From positions 727,557 to 791,556 of the forward strand of contig JAKMXF010000011.1 of NCBI GenBank assembly GCA_024704765.1: a stretch of DNA of 64,000 nucleotides, given 5' to 3'. The position numbers and the translations under genes were made by a program. Under the pieces are notes generated by a model, which did no database searches, was not told the origin of the DNA, and saw only the letters and a program-made list of their open reading frames with translations. Shown here in pieces: positions 44,035-56,492 of this stretch. Source of the DNA: Oopsacas minuta. Lineage: Eukaryota; Animalia; Porifera. The stretch's first letter is position 1; every line of letters begins with the position of its first letter.

Positions 44035-47000
44035 TTACACAGAGAACTCATTTAGACGAACGTAATTTGCAGGGAATAGACCGATACGGCCATCACTTTC
44101 GCCTAGCCACCATCCTATGTGTGCGGTTTCTTTATTGATTATTTTGATATTCTGTCCGTTCCTAAACGATAGCTCAGAACTCTCGTTTGCCTCAAAATCG
44201 TATAAGGCCTGGCAATAAACTACAGAGGGTGGCTTCATACGGATCTTTGGAGGGGGTGGAGGTCTGTTTGAGCCAGCGGACAGCTTGTGTGCCGGTCTAA
44301 TAGATTGATTGGGGATGAGTTGTGTGACTGATGATGCTTTCTGTGAAATGTTAAGATTGCGTTGGGAGCGTGCATTTGTGTACGCCCAATACGGTTTCTG
44401 TAGGCTAGTGTGAATCCCTTGGAAACAGACATTTAAACTATGTGCTTGGTAGTATTCTACTAAAGGCACGAGAGTTGAAAAAGGTTGACCTTCTACCATG
44501 AAGAATTTCCGCGTTTTTGGGTTGTGTAATATTCTAATGTGTTTTGGAGCCTCTTCATAACGAACAGCTATTGCGTATTCTCCAGGTCTTTGGTCACTCT
44601 CTCGCATTAGAAATACACCGTTTTCACATTGATCTAATATTAGCTCAGCTTCATGACGTGACATTTTGCCTACATACCATGGCTGTTCGACTAAATTCGC
44701 AGTGTTCAGTTTATGGTGAAAATCTTCCATACTTTCTCTACGCGGCAGTTCATGATGTTGTTTATTTGGAGGTTGAAATTGCCCGATTTGTACATCCATA
44801 TAGCTCATGGTAGCTGGCTTTATCCCCACCATTCTAGCTGGAAACAGACCCATTTGTTTTGTACGGGTATTCTTCCCTTCCCACCAATCACGGTCTGTAG
44901 ATGAAACAATTGAAATTTCGTCATCTTTCATGAAGACAAGAATAGGAGCGGAACCACCAGGATGTGGATCAGCATTATAATCACATAATGCAATATATAC
45001 TAGTTTATTGCTCGTATTCGGGGTAGTATTATTTGATGTGTAAACAGCCTTCGTTGGGTTACGTTTCATAATAGTTGGCTTATGAGATGTATCCAGAGGT
45101 ACATCGAACGTGTGCGCACGACTTTTGCCGATTGTACATTTCTGGGCATTTGCAATACAGAGTCTATGACATAATTCTTGACATAACGGACAATTATATC
45201 CCTGGTCATATAAGCCCCATAATATTTTATCACAGACAGTACAGCGTGTTGTTTGGTTGGTGGAGAATACCTGGAATTGATGGCCATTGTCTGTACCATC
45301 TTTTGGGTTTAGGAAACGTTGTCCTTTTAACAGTGCTACGTTCCAGTTGTTCGCAAGCAGTGGTGTCCTATAAGGGATGAAAACAAATGAATAACGGCTC
45401 TATTTCTGGTCACGTGACCCATTAACCTGTCTAAGTTGACTATGTGTTATGGATTTATAAGAGAATTGTGGCCTGAATTTTGGCATACCAAAATCTCACG
45501 ACAACTTGAGAAATACAGCTTACCTTGCATAAAATTGTACTGTGTTTTTATTTTGTGTAGAATGTAATGGTAGACAAATTAATCCAGACTGGTACTGTTC
45601 ATCAGATCGAGTACGTGGCATATCACTGTACAATGCTTCTGTCTTATATTCATTCAGGTAGAGAATTTCTTTGAATATATATTTCATGTTTGATTTGGCT
45701 CGCTTTTTCTTCTCACAAACTAATATTGCTCTCTGGAATAGAAATACTGCTCGTTTCTCTGGGACTATTTTAGTGTCGCTAACTATTGAACCACATTTGA
45801 CCTATAAGAATACGAGAAAAGATTCATCGGAATTCCTTGTATTTTAGCAAGTAATTATAATACTGTCAACTTCCGTTATATCGTAGTTCAAAGAACCACA
45901 ATAATCACTTCGATATAAGCGGAGTTGACTTGGTGAATATTTACAATACAAGATCAATTTTTACCTTCATTTCTCCATCAATCAAGAGCTGTCCTACATT
46001 AGCTTTTATCTGTGGGAGAAACTCAATACTCTCGTATAGTTCTGTAACGAATTTGAGTTTTTCATAATCATTCTTAGAGCAATTTATATGTTTAGCAATA
46101 TCTTCCATATTGAGAAGTGTTTTCTGTAAGAGTTTAGCTTCTTCATCTGGGCTATTCTTAATGAGCTCTTTTATTAATAATGGGTATTTCAGTACACGTT
46201 GTATTGGCATTGTGAGTAGATCTTTTAATGGGAATTTCTGTTTTGATGAATCTTGACATCCTTGCATTATTTTGCATATTTGGGGATTTTCGTTTAATTC
46301 CTTTACTTTGACGATAGCATCTGGGACCTAGAAGGAAAATATAATTAGAGTACAGTCAACTCCTATCATAACCAAGCTCTAGAGACCGCGATAATTACTT
46401 CGATATACGCGATTAAAATATGTTACTTTGATGCAGTTTTGTGAAAAGTTTGAATAAATTCGACTAAACTTACATGACTAGCGTATTCACAGTATAGAGC
46501 GAATTTATCCATGTAGAGTGAGAAGCATTGAGAAACTTCATATTTCTTCTGTGCTAAGAGTCCCTTCAAACTTGACAATAGTTTTGTATGGAATGGCACT
46601 AAATGCTGTACATTCATAAATATCGTCTTTATAACTTCTCTATCAAGGTATTGTTCTAAGGTAATACGAAAGTTCTTGTTAATTATCTCTAGTGTGTTTA
46701 GGTAATTCTGCTCTGTGTTACAAAGCTCATCTAGAATGTGATGAAGCTTTCCACCTACGTATTAGAAAACAAAATATTATTAAATAATTATTCCATAAAC
46801 ACATTGTACATAAGTATTTAACCCAATCAATATATTCATGCGAAAATTTCTAGGTGCGAACCTCGTTAATACGAACACCAACGAATGTTTAAAATACGTA
46901 GGTCCGCTTTATCCAGAGTAAGACTGATTGAATAACCATTGTAAGAACCTGATTTTGTGTAAATTTGTGTTGTCTTTCCGGAAATTCATATTAACGAGGT

Positions 47001-48081
47001 ATATTATTATAGATTTCTAGTTGAATAACAACTCACCATTCGGCTTCGGAGTAATATCAACTTTTTTCTGATAATCCATCAATCGTGAGTATATTTCCTC
47101 ATCTCCATAAGGATCTTCCTCAACATACGCGTATATTGGTTCGTAAGCAACTGCTTCCTTGTATTGGCGATTGCCTTTATATTGAGAAGGAATAATAGGA
47201 CTAACTTCACTGGGAAGAGAAGGGATATTTGATGAGAGAGAACTTAGGTTTGAGTCAAAAAATGAATCGTGTAATGAGCTAACATTAGAAAGTGTTGAGT
47301 TACTGCTTGCGGTTGATGCTGAAGCAGAAACAGGACGTCTTTTCCCAGAATCTTTTAATTCGTTTATCCTAGGCTGGTTTTGATATACACCAGAGTTATC
47401 CCAGCTTAGCTTATCGTTATCAAGCTCGATAAACGAATGATCACGATAGTTACCGACTTGTTGGAGGTTAGTGTATATGTCTTCTGGTTCTTCCCCGTTT
47501 GTGTTTGTATCTTGATGTGGCCTGTCACTCTCTAAGTCAAATGGCTGAGCTCCTTTAGCAATGGCGAGTTTGTGGTGAGAAATCTTTGACATTGTCTACA
47601 GAGTAAATTTATAATATTTTGTCTGTTTGTTTGTTTGTTTATCCGTTAGCTAGTTAGTTTATTTGTGTTTGAAACTTACCTTCAAGAAAAGCCCGAAATC
47701 CTCAAAATCGATGAGGTCATGAGGATCAAAAGCTTCTTCTTCATTAATATCAAAATGTTCACTGATTGCCTCAAGAAACGCTGAAACATTATTAATACAA
47801 GCATTATTAGTGCATGTATTATATGTAATGTCATGTATTGTGTGGGGAACAAGTAAATTGATTAGCTCGCATAGCAGAACACCATCTGATATTACTTGTG
47901 CAAATTGTAGTACTTCACATTCAAAGTTATAGAATGGATGAGAAGTTGGAATTACTCCAATCTCTATGAACCAATCCAAGGCGCATCTCCAGTCCTCTTT
48001 TCCGGATGGATTCTGCATCATGTTTGACATCTTTCGCTTAGAATATGAATCGAAGGGAAATAAAATATCTTCTGGAATCAT
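44035..48081 (-). CDS. VAV: Vav guanine nucleotide exchange factor (CH-acidic-DH-PH-C1-SH3-SH2-SH3), 6 exons
   Basis: Exons 48081-47680 (CH: DGVLLCELIN), 47595-47037 (acidic, EEIYSRL), 46754-46474 and 46327-45965 (DH: LKDLLTMPIQRVLKYPLL), 45801-45524 (PH) and 45367-44035 (C1 H..C..C..C..C..H..C..C, SH3, SH2 WYVG..FLMRES, SH3 ALYDF..GLFPANYV). Confidence 0.93.
45863..45931. mobile_element. MITE family A, miniature
   Basis: TA-ctgtcaacttccgttatatcg...cgatataagcggagttgact. Confidence 0.7.
46353..46412. mobile_element. MITE family A, partial
   Basis: TA-cagtcaactcc..aagctc..gaccgcgataattacttcgatat. Confidence 0.65.
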
Positions 48082-49315
48082 GTTGAGTTAATATATTAAT
48101 TTTAATTTTACATGTATTAAAAACCTATTTATACTCTTCTTTATGAATGTCAACATGAATTTGTTTATATTCAGCACGTTTGCTACGTATGTAACTCACC
48201 GGATACATTTTACGAATAATAAAAGTATTTGCACTAATCTTATTACTTATACAAATCATACTTTGGAAATAATTATATTTAGTCTGTAAGAATTATGAAA
48301 AAGTAGTGTCTATGAAAGTAATAGTATGTAAATTAAAGATATCCATCTCATGATACTTTTAAATAACTAGGATTATTACAACAATATATCAAGGAAGAAT
48401 TCTAAAATTACAAGATAAAATATGATATCCATATATTCCTATTCAAGATAATTAATTAAATAATTAACTGTCGCAACTTGGATATATATTTTCAGCTCAA
48501 AGAATTCACTATATGCTGCCGTACAGTCTATGCTAAACTTTCAATAATAAAATTATTTTGAAAAAGCAATTCTATAGCAAAAATTCATTGCACATCTGGT
48601 AGTAGTACAAATTTCTAATTTTTAATGTTTATGCATTCTACTATAAAAGGTTAGTAAAGTGTTCGTTAGAAATATTGCGAAAGTAACTAGAAACGAATGT
48701 ATGATACATGAAAAGTTAAAATTAGCTCTCTTTTATATAAGAAATCAGCTCGAAGACGTATGAATAAAATATATCTCCATATAAGGCCTTCTATTTCCTA
48801 ATCAAATCAGTGAGCTTTACAACTGGTATAAAAGTCTTACAGACAACTCGTGAAAACATTTCCCTTGCAGACACTATTGAAAATAATGCCTCATTAATAT
48901 TTGAATATTTACAAGCAATGCAGATGTCTATATAGAAAATCTATAGGAATTTGCCCTCATGTGACAACATATATCATATAGTACATCATTTCTATAACAT
49001 TATATGTACCAGTACTTGAATGATTCGCTATATCATCTGACCACTTTCAACTGTAAATCCTATAGATTTAGCTGGGTTTATATTATTAAGTAATGTATCA
49101 CTTGCCATTTCGTATTTAGAAATAAGCTATGGGGATATCGGGTAACAAATAAAAGTAGAGTTGATTAGGTAAAATTCAAATATTGATAAGTAATAATCTG
49201 AACCTGCAGAAACCATGAGCACTTTTTTCCAATAAAGAAATAAACATGTGAGATATACTCATCTAAAATCTATTGTTTTATTAGGGAAATGCAAATGTTA
49301 GTGTGAATACAAATT

Positions 49316-50656
49316 CTATGGATGAATTACAACAATAGTTTTCAATAAAGTTGGGTCTTCATCTTGTTCGATTAGTGGGATATTGAATTCTGTCAAATTC
49401 TGTTCATCTTCTAGGCAAATTTTAACTTTTGAATTGACAAGTGACAGGAAATATATTAAAATAATCAGAGTATAAACCCATTGATTTGGTTTAAGAGATA
49501 TATTGTATTGAGTTAGACGGAAGGTTTTAACTAAGCAGGTTAAGTCGTTCCAGAATTCGCCAGGCATTATCCGTAGCCTCTTCGTGATAATAGGAACTGC
49601 TTTGTCAAGTTTTTCTAATACAATTCTAGTTCGGACATGATTCTGTGAATAAGTATCAACTGTTGGTAATATGACGTCACTTTTATTGGATTCTTTTTCT
49701 TCAATTTCAGGAACGGATTTGGTCACTAGGGAATTCATTGCAGGCAATTTTCCTTTTGGGGTAGTGTTAGATTTCGTGTGTTTAACATATATAGCTTGCA
49801 TCTTTTCAATAGTAGAGTTAGATAGGTAATTTCCAGGTGCAAATTCTTCGTCATCTGATAGAGAATCGTCACTCAATATATCGTCGCTATCTGAATTATA
49901 TTTATACGATTTTAGCGATAGATGTTCCTTGAGTTGGTCAGTGAGTTTAGGGAAGATGGGTATGCCATCGAAAAAATCGCGAATATCTATGTTTTTGGTT
50001 AGAAAGTCGAGTGTTCGATTCGTAAGCCAAGTACTGACTACTTTACAACATTCTTCTAATGGGGGGATTTGGGAAACAGGCGAAACTTGAATCTCTGGTG
50101 TGTCGAAAAGTTTTGAAAAATCTTTTCGCGATTGTTTAACGGCCGTATTATTCACTGATATTTCAACGAGTTTTTCACGAACTTCACTATCTGTATTTTC
50201 ATTAGAAATTCTATCATCCTCGACTCCACTATCGATTTTAAGGAATTTAATCCCAGTTTTAGTAATATCATTTCGCTCCCATAAAGGCTCGTTACTAAGT
50301 TGACACGCGAAAAATTCAGAAGCTTTATAACACTGGTCACAACAAAACATTTTTCGTTCACTCAAATCATAAACTTGTTTCGTTTTTACACTGACATGGT
50401 ATCTGTGTTTGGGAATATTTATCAATTTATTTTTACATAGAATATACCCACAAAGTTTCATCGAAAATCTCTCTTCAATAATATCGGAATAATTTCCCGG
50501 ATTTAGAAGAGGTATACTTTGTATTAATCTCGATTCCGTTATGAAATCTTCCCCAACTAATTCTACTATCATTTCGAAAGCTTTCTTCTCTACACTGACT
50601 TTATATTCTATGTCTTTTCTAAGTTTTTTAATTACCTCAATTTTATGCTTCTTCAT
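49316..50656 (-). CDS. RPAP2: RNA polymerase II CTD phosphatase RPAP2/Rtr1
   Basis: YSDIIEER...LCGYILC.N..RYHVS..KQVYDLSERKMFCCDQCYKAS zinc-finger signature; a short upstream exon (donor near 50843) is possible. Confidence 0.9.
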   Translation of the reverse strand: MKKHKIEVIKKLRKDIEYKVSVEKKAFEMIVELVGEDFITESRLIQSIPLLNPGNYSDIIEERFSMKLCGYILCKNKLINIPKHRYHVSVKTKQVYDLSERKMFCCDQCYKASEFFACQLSNEPLWERNDITKTGIKFLKIDSGVEDDRISNENTDSEVREKLVEISVNNTAVKQSRKDFSKLFDTPEIQVSPVSQIPPLEECCKVVSTWLTNRTLDFLTKNIDIRDFFDGIPIFPKLTDQLKEHLSLKSYKYNSDSDDILSDDSLSDDEEFAPGNYLSNSTIEKMQAIYVKHTKSNTTPKGKLPAMNSLVTKSVPEIEEKESNKSDVILPTVDTYSQNHVRTRIVLEKLDKAVPIITKRLRIMPGEFWNDLTCLVKTFRLTQYNISLKPNQWVYTLIILIYFLSLVNSKVKICLEDEQNLTEFNIPLIEQDEDPTLLKTIVVIHP

Positions 50657-51241
50657 GATAATTAGAGCTAAATTAACAAAATTTTTAAAGAAGATACGTA
50701 TATTTTAACATTCTCAGTGCAGTTGTCAAAATGGAAATTATATGATTATGTACTTCGAATATTAAGCCCCGAAATTTCTCCCTCCTCACTAAGAGGAATA
50801 GTCAAATACCAACAAGAAATCAATAAAAACTGAGGTATAACTTACCTTTCAAAACGCCACACAACCACACTAGGAATTCCATTCTAGGATATTACAAGAA
50901 ATTCGGGGGAGGAATTTGATAATCCAGGTAAATATTTAAAAATTGCCTTTTTTTCCAAAAATATTTCCTGAAATTCCTATTTATGGATAGAAAATCCAGC
51001 GAATTTTTTTAAAAATCCCTGGACTTAAAAGAGATTAACGGGAAATTATTATAAGGCGTTGGTATGTATGGAACCCAATCAGAATGGAATACATAAGTAT
51101 TAAGAGTGATTCAGTAAAAATGGTTAACATATAATATAAGAACAACAATACAAGTTACTAATCGCATAGAATACGAAAATTGAATCAAGAGGAACAGCTG
51201 TTTATAAAGTGACTGGGTAGCATTTATGATGACGTCACAGT

Positions 51242-53296
51242 TCAATCATCCAAGTTTTCAGAGTTTTGCTCGCATTTTTTCTTCCAAACTTCATATGAAA
51301 TATTTCGCATTTTCAACTCATTACGGACACTACTTGTATTTGAATGCGGATTATTTCTAATTGCTTCTATATGTATTTTGTTTTTCGTCTCTTTCGAAGG
51401 AGTTTTTGGCAAACTATGAAAAGAGAGCAGATTTTTATCGAACCGTTTGGAAGATTTTGACATACTACTTAATGATGACGTCATTGATTTAGATGGGTTT
51501 GTAACAGAATTTGATAATTTCATGAAACTATTATGAATAATCATCAAAGTAGTTTGTAGAAATTCTTTTGACGAAGTTAGAAGTATACTAGTACATGGTC
51601 TATAGTGATTTAATAGGAAATTAATCGATTGGCAATTTTCACTTTCAAGGCAATGTCTACAGATGTGTAGAGTGATTTCACGGATACCTAATGGAGCCAG
51701 TTCTGTTGAAATTTGGTTGTTATAACTTGTGAGTAAATCTTTTATGCCTTTCACTGCAAGATAACGTATTTTCGTGCTGATATCAATGCTTGCATCATCT
51801 CTATAACTTGATAGATCGATTAGACCTAACTGAAAATGGTAGTTCGACTTAATATTTGATATTTTTCCAGTTAGACATAATCTTCGGATATAGCTTATCT
51901 TTGTCTGTAAACATAATTTCGTCATAGAATGTATGTAATAACAAATATACTCAATTTCCCATTGAAAAGTGAATAAATTTTCATTGTAAAAGCCGACAAT
52001 TTTATCCAACATTTCGCTATACGAACTCCAGTTTATAATGAACTCTTGCTCTGTCTTGAATGTTCGATCAGTATTGGTGGAATACGCATGTAGAATTGGT
52101 AGTAGAAATAATATTTCAGCGATTTGACTATTATTCAGCGCCATTAGAGATAGGATATCTAGCATAAATGTAAACTCGAATATACTCTGTGATTGTTGAT
52201 TCGAAATGTAACACTTTATGAATCGTAGAATACAATTTTTTAGGTTTTGTGAATGACAGAATGCGATTTTATGCCAGATATCAAGTGTATGGAATATCTC
52301 AGGGCTTAGCTGATCGCTTGAATCAATAGAATCTGTTTTAGCACTATCTCCAATTGATTTCTCATCTAAGGACATATTAAGGGAAAATATAGGTGGATCA
52401 TGATTCGCAGCAAGAGGGTCAATCGTGCTATCAATGTCAATATTGATTGATAAGTAAGATAGCACTGATATAGCGTGTTTTATACATAACCATACGAAAT
52501 GTGAAGATTCTGATAAGGTCAAAAGTTCGCTTGTTAAACTGCTCTGTAAAACTGTAATAACAAGAGCTAGGTTTTCGTAATTCTCTAATCGACCCAAAAT
52601 ATAGTGTAAATATAATCTGCTATATCCAGTTTGTAATATTTGACTCAAGTATATTGTTTTCAAAAGATTATTAGATTGTTTAAAATTATTAGGCGAGTCA
52701 AATCTTGACGTCACGTCTTTTTCTATAGGAGATAAAAGATCTCTAAGTTCCAAAGGGGTCATGTGTAAAACTGTGAAAAGATGGTGTGGAGAATTCAAAA
52801 GGGGCTGTGACGTAAGTGAGTTTAATAATGCCGCGAGTGAACGTATCTGTAACGGTCCTTGACACTGATACATGAATAGTAGATCTTTCCAATGTTCTCC
52901 TATTTGTGTATTTTCTGTATAATGATTGGTATTTAATTTACGTTCAGTTATTCGTAGTGCATCTTCTAGCTTACGATGAAGGTTATGTTTTGAAGGAGTT
53001 TTCTCAATTTCATCTAAGGATTTATTATAATCTTGGATGAATTTGGATGGGATTAACTCGACATATTTGTCACGTTTAATGGGTGTATGTTGGAAAGGGT
53101 TCGTGGGTGTTCCTTTGAGTCTTGGAGAAGATGGCATATTTGGTGAAGGTGATGGTATTCTGTATGTATCTTCTTTTTCTTCAAATTCTTCTATGAGGGT
53201 ATCTGCTATTTTCTTTGATACAATTCCAAAGTTATGGATTATTGGAATGCGACTGGAATGCATTTTAGCTAAGATATGATTAAGACAATTATGCAA
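51242..53296 (-). CDS. Uncharacterised 684-aa helical protein (possibly TMEM232-like), intronless
   Basis: Long ORF with typical composition. WKDLLFMYQCQGPLQ and LGLIDL..IRYLAV recall TMEM232-family motifs (from memory, unverified). Confidence 0.6.
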   Translation of the reverse strand: MHNCLNHILAKMHSSRIPIIHNFGIVSKKIADTLIEEFEEKEDTYRIPSPSPNMPSSPRLKGTPTNPFQHTPIKRDKYVELIPSKFIQDYNKSLDEIEKTPSKHNLHRKLEDALRITERKLNTNHYTENTQIGEHWKDLLFMYQCQGPLQIRSLAALLNSLTSQPLLNSPHHLFTVLHMTPLELRDLLSPIEKDVTSRFDSPNNFKQSNNLLKTIYLSQILQTGYSRLYLHYILGRLENYENLALVITVLQSSLTSELLTLSESSHFVWLCIKHAISVLSYLSINIDIDSTIDPLAANHDPPIFSLNMSLDEKSIGDSAKTDSIDSSDQLSPEIFHTLDIWHKIAFCHSQNLKNCILRFIKCYISNQQSQSIFEFTFMLDILSLMALNNSQIAEILFLLPILHAYSTNTDRTFKTEQEFIINWSSYSEMLDKIVGFYNENLFTFQWEIEYICYYIHSMTKLCLQTKISYIRRLCLTGKISNIKSNYHFQLGLIDLSSYRDDASIDISTKIRYLAVKGIKDLLTSYNNQISTELAPLGIREITLHICRHCLESENCQSINFLLNHYRPCTSILLTSSKEFLQTTLMIIHNSFMKLSNSVTNPSKSMTSSLSSMSKSSKRFDKNLLSFHSLPKTPSKETKNKIHIEAIRNNPHSNTSSVRNELKMRNISYEVWKKKCEQNSENLDD

Positions 53297-53307
53297 GAGG
53301 GAAATAC

Positions 53308-53455
53308 AATGAAACCTCTACAAACGGGGAACTTCTGGAATCTGGAAAAGGAGTGAATTATATAAAGCGAATTCCTTGTCACATACAAATGAATTTCCAC
53401 AAACTGTGTAGCATATTTCGGCATCCCTAGCACCCCGGTTGACTTGGTTACACTG
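53308..53455. mobile_element. MITE family B
   Basis: TA-caatgaaacctctacaaac..cggcatccctagcacc..ggttacactg-TA. Confidence 0.72.
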
Positions 53456-53545
53456 TAGAAGAATAAACCGAGAATTTAGTATAGCAATGATTTATAATAA
53501 ACAAGTTATAATAACTACGGGAACAATTCATAATGAAAAATATTC

Positions 53546-54658
53546 TCAATAATTTTCATGTTTATCAACTGTTTGTAATAAAACTAGGGACAAGTTTTTC
53601 TTTGACATATACTCATCAATACGTAACTTACCATAAGCCAAAAAATCAAAATCAATCGTGGAATTCGACGCTTGATAAATACTCCATAGAGTCCAGTATA
53701 AATGTGCAGCTAACGATGATAAATTCACTCCAATATAAAGTGTTTGTAATTCCGCATCTGTAATAGTTTTTGGATCTTTGCTTTGTAAAAAGTACACTTG
53801 TTCAAGGTAATTTCTTAGCCATTCAAGTTGATACTCTTTATCTGGATAACGCGAATAATCTACCTCGTTAATACCGGCATATTCCGCGAAATGATTACCG
53901 ATATCATAACAGTTGTAGTTAAATGCTGAATATTCAAAATCAATGAATTTTATCGAATCGGTATATTTGTCATACAAAATATTTGCTAATAATAAATCGT
54001 TATGACATAATACTAATGGAAGATTCAATTTCTCTATAGCAGACGTTATTATGTTTATTTCGCTTTCTAAAACTGAAATTTTCGGGAATTTCTCGAATAA
54101 TTTCTGCTTGTAGCTGTCTGCGAACCCTTTCGGCATATTCGCGAGAAATTTCGCGATATTTATACCATATTCAGCTGTAATTGGAGTAGGAATTCTTTTA
54201 CATAGATTGTGCATGTTCGCCATTTGTTTAGCGATCAATTTGGCAATATGCGGGTCACGAACATTATTCTCATCTAATACGTCACCATCAAGATACTCAT
54301 AACATAATCCATTCACAAACACAGTAAGTAACTTAGAAGAATTCAAACATTTTATGGAAGATAAAATATTGAATGTTTTAATCTCATTATCACGATCAAT
54401 AATTTTGTCTGTACCAAAACCGTTAATTCTGACTATTACGCAATTTCCAGCGGATATTTTATCTCCATGATAACAGCCAATTAGTTTATTAGATATTCCA
54501 TCTGTAAATAATTTTGTTTTCAAGCTTTTCCCTTTCCAACAGGGTTTTATAGTTATAACAAGATTAATCACATCTGTTGAAATATCAGCTGATTTCAGGG
54601 ATATTGTTATATCTTGGTAAGGAGCATTCAGATAGTATTTCGGAGTGTCTGTAGCCAT
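53546..54658 (-). CDS. ETNK1: Ethanolamine kinase, intronless
   Basis: FTDGISNKL.GC, VRINGFGT..IIDRDNE, LCHNDLLLANIL, FIDFEY, YDIGNHFAEYAG. Confidence 0.92.
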   Translation of the reverse strand: MATDTPKYYLNAPYQDITISLKSADISTDVINLVITIKPCWKGKSLKTKLFTDGISNKLIGCYHGDKISAGNCVIVRINGFGTDKIIDRDNEIKTFNILSSIKCLNSSKLLTVFVNGLCYEYLDGDVLDENNVRDPHIAKLIAKQMANMHNLCKRIPTPITAEYGINIAKFLANMPKGFADSYKQKLFEKFPKISVLESEINIITSAIEKLNLPLVLCHNDLLLANILYDKYTDSIKFIDFEYSAFNYNCYDIGNHFAEYAGINEVDYSRYPDKEYQLEWLRNYLEQVYFLQSKDPKTITDAELQTLYIGVNLSSLAAHLYWTLWSIYQASNSTIDFDFLAYGKLRIDEYMSKKNLSLVLLQTVDKHENY

Positions 54659-55121
54659 TTTCTAATGATAACTCTAGGGATATGAAAATAGAAAATGAGC
54701 AATAAGAGTACGAGTTTTCAGTAAGTACGTATCAGTCGATTTTCGATAATTATTGATTTGGACAAGATGAATTTTAAACTACAATCTAAATAGTAACAGC
54801 GTTACTGCCATATTTCGAGGTTCTATTTTCATGCTTACTAACCCTTATAATAATTTCCCGGAATTTTCGAAAATTCACTGGATTTCCAAGTTTTGTAACC
54901 CCGGGATAAACAGGAATCGCGGAAGCCTTGGCAAGTATGCATTGTGTACAAATCCTGTACAAGTCAGGACAGTCCCTGCCTCCCTGGTACATACAAAGTT
55001 TCACTAATATCTATAATATCACAGGTAATTATTAAACTAAAATGATGTATTTTTCAATTACAAACAAATTCTCAAATTTATCCAGAAAGTCAAATCACAA
55101 GCTAAACGAAAACATAATAAC

Positions 55122-56492
55122 TCATTTTTTTTTAAGTTTTGGCTGACGATAAATATACAATAAGAATAAAGGAATACTCAATAGTACAGCCCCGATCAGA
55201 TAACAATTATAAGATCCAATACTCCAATACAAGGAACAAACTATAAACGGACCTAGACCTCTAGCAAAAGCTCCAATGGCTCGCATGATACCTAAAATCT
55301 TTCCCTTCTCATTTTCAGTACCAGTCAGTGAAGCTAGAGTAGTTAATGCAGTGACAACAGTCGCACTTGCATACGAATACATTAAAATCCCTATATACAG
55401 TGTAGTTGAACTGTTTAAAAACGCGAAACAAACCGCAGAAGGGATTAAGAGTATAATCCCGCTTAAACCAAGCATTTTTTCATATCCACTCTTCAGTCTA
55501 CGTACGAATCCTCCTTGTAATACAATCATTATGATACCAACTACACAATACATTTTGCCTTGATCTCCACGAGTAAATGATAATCGATCATGTACAAGGA
55601 AAGATAGCGCATACTCCATTCCTGAGAAAATTATCATAAAACAAACGTATATACAGCCTAATAACCGCATTGAACTGAGTTCCTCTTTCGTATATCTTAC
55701 TACTGCGTCAAATCGCAGTAGCGAATACGGATTTGAAAGGTAAAATCCGCTTTTTAATCCATGACCGAATGATTTCGCACGTTCAGTGATTGGTAAACTT
55801 TCTTCTAAGAAAAAATAAACAAAAATAATATTTATAATCGTTAGGGTAAGCGCGAACATTGCCGGATATTGAAAAGTGCCAAATGAAGCTGTTGACATTC
55901 GCGAAAATACGACACCAATAATCGGACCGAATATGAAACCAAGCGAAAAGGCGATTCCAACCGCAGCCATCCCTCTACTGCGCTTTTCAACAGGAGTTAT
56001 ATCAGCTACAATAGAAATGCCTATACTAATGTTCGATTTAGTTATTCCACCAAGAATTCGTGAAATAATGAATACTGAAAAACTGTATGAAAACATCCAT
56101 AGTAAATAAGCTATTCCAATACCGAATAAGGAGAATAGCATTAAAGGCTTACGCCCGTAGATATCTGATAAAGTACCCACGAATGGGGTAGTTATAAATT
56201 GTAGGAGAGAGAAAAGCGAGCCTAAAACTCCGCCGAAGAACACAAGATGGAAATTTTTGCCTTTAGGCGCACCGAATAATTTCAAAACAGAATCCAAGTA
56301 TTCTTCACATATCTTATAATAAGGATCTTTTAATGTGTATCCATAGTATTCTAGTAGTGTAGGGAAGAGAGGGAGGATCAGTGTAAATGCTAGAAGGTCG
56401 ATAAGTAGAGAGAAGAATATCACCATTAATTGCTTATGGTATTTCTTGCTACTTGGATTTGGTATTTGAATAGAATCTGATGTGGTTGACAT
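55122..56492 (-). CDS. MFSD10: Major facilitator superfamily transporter MFSD10 (TETRAN-like), intronless
   Basis: SLLIDLLAFTLILPLFP, FGGVLGSLFSLLQF, SDIYGRKP, GFIFGP, FSGMEY.L.FL, LQGGFVRR, RAIGAFARGLGP. Confidence 0.9.
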   Translation of the reverse strand: MSTTSDSIQIPNPSSKKYHKQLMVIFFSLLIDLLAFTLILPLFPTLLEYYGYTLKDPYYKICEEYLDSVLKLFGAPKGKNFHLVFFGGVLGSLFSLLQFITTPFVGTLSDIYGRKPLMLFSLFGIGIAYLLWMFSYSFSVFIISRILGGITKSNISIGISIVADITPVEKRSRGMAAVGIAFSLGFIFGPIIGVVFSRMSTASFGTFQYPAMFALTLTIINIIFVYFFLEESLPITERAKSFGHGLKSGFYLSNPYSLLRFDAVVRYTKEELSSMRLLGCIYVCFMIIFSGMEYALSFLVHDRLSFTRGDQGKMYCVVGIIMIVLQGGFVRRLKSGYEKMLGLSGIILLIPSAVCFAFLNSSTTLYIGILMYSYASATVVTALTTLASLTGTENEKGKILGIMRAIGAFARGLGPFIVCSLYWSIGSYNCYLIGAVLLSIPLFLLYIYRQPKLKKK

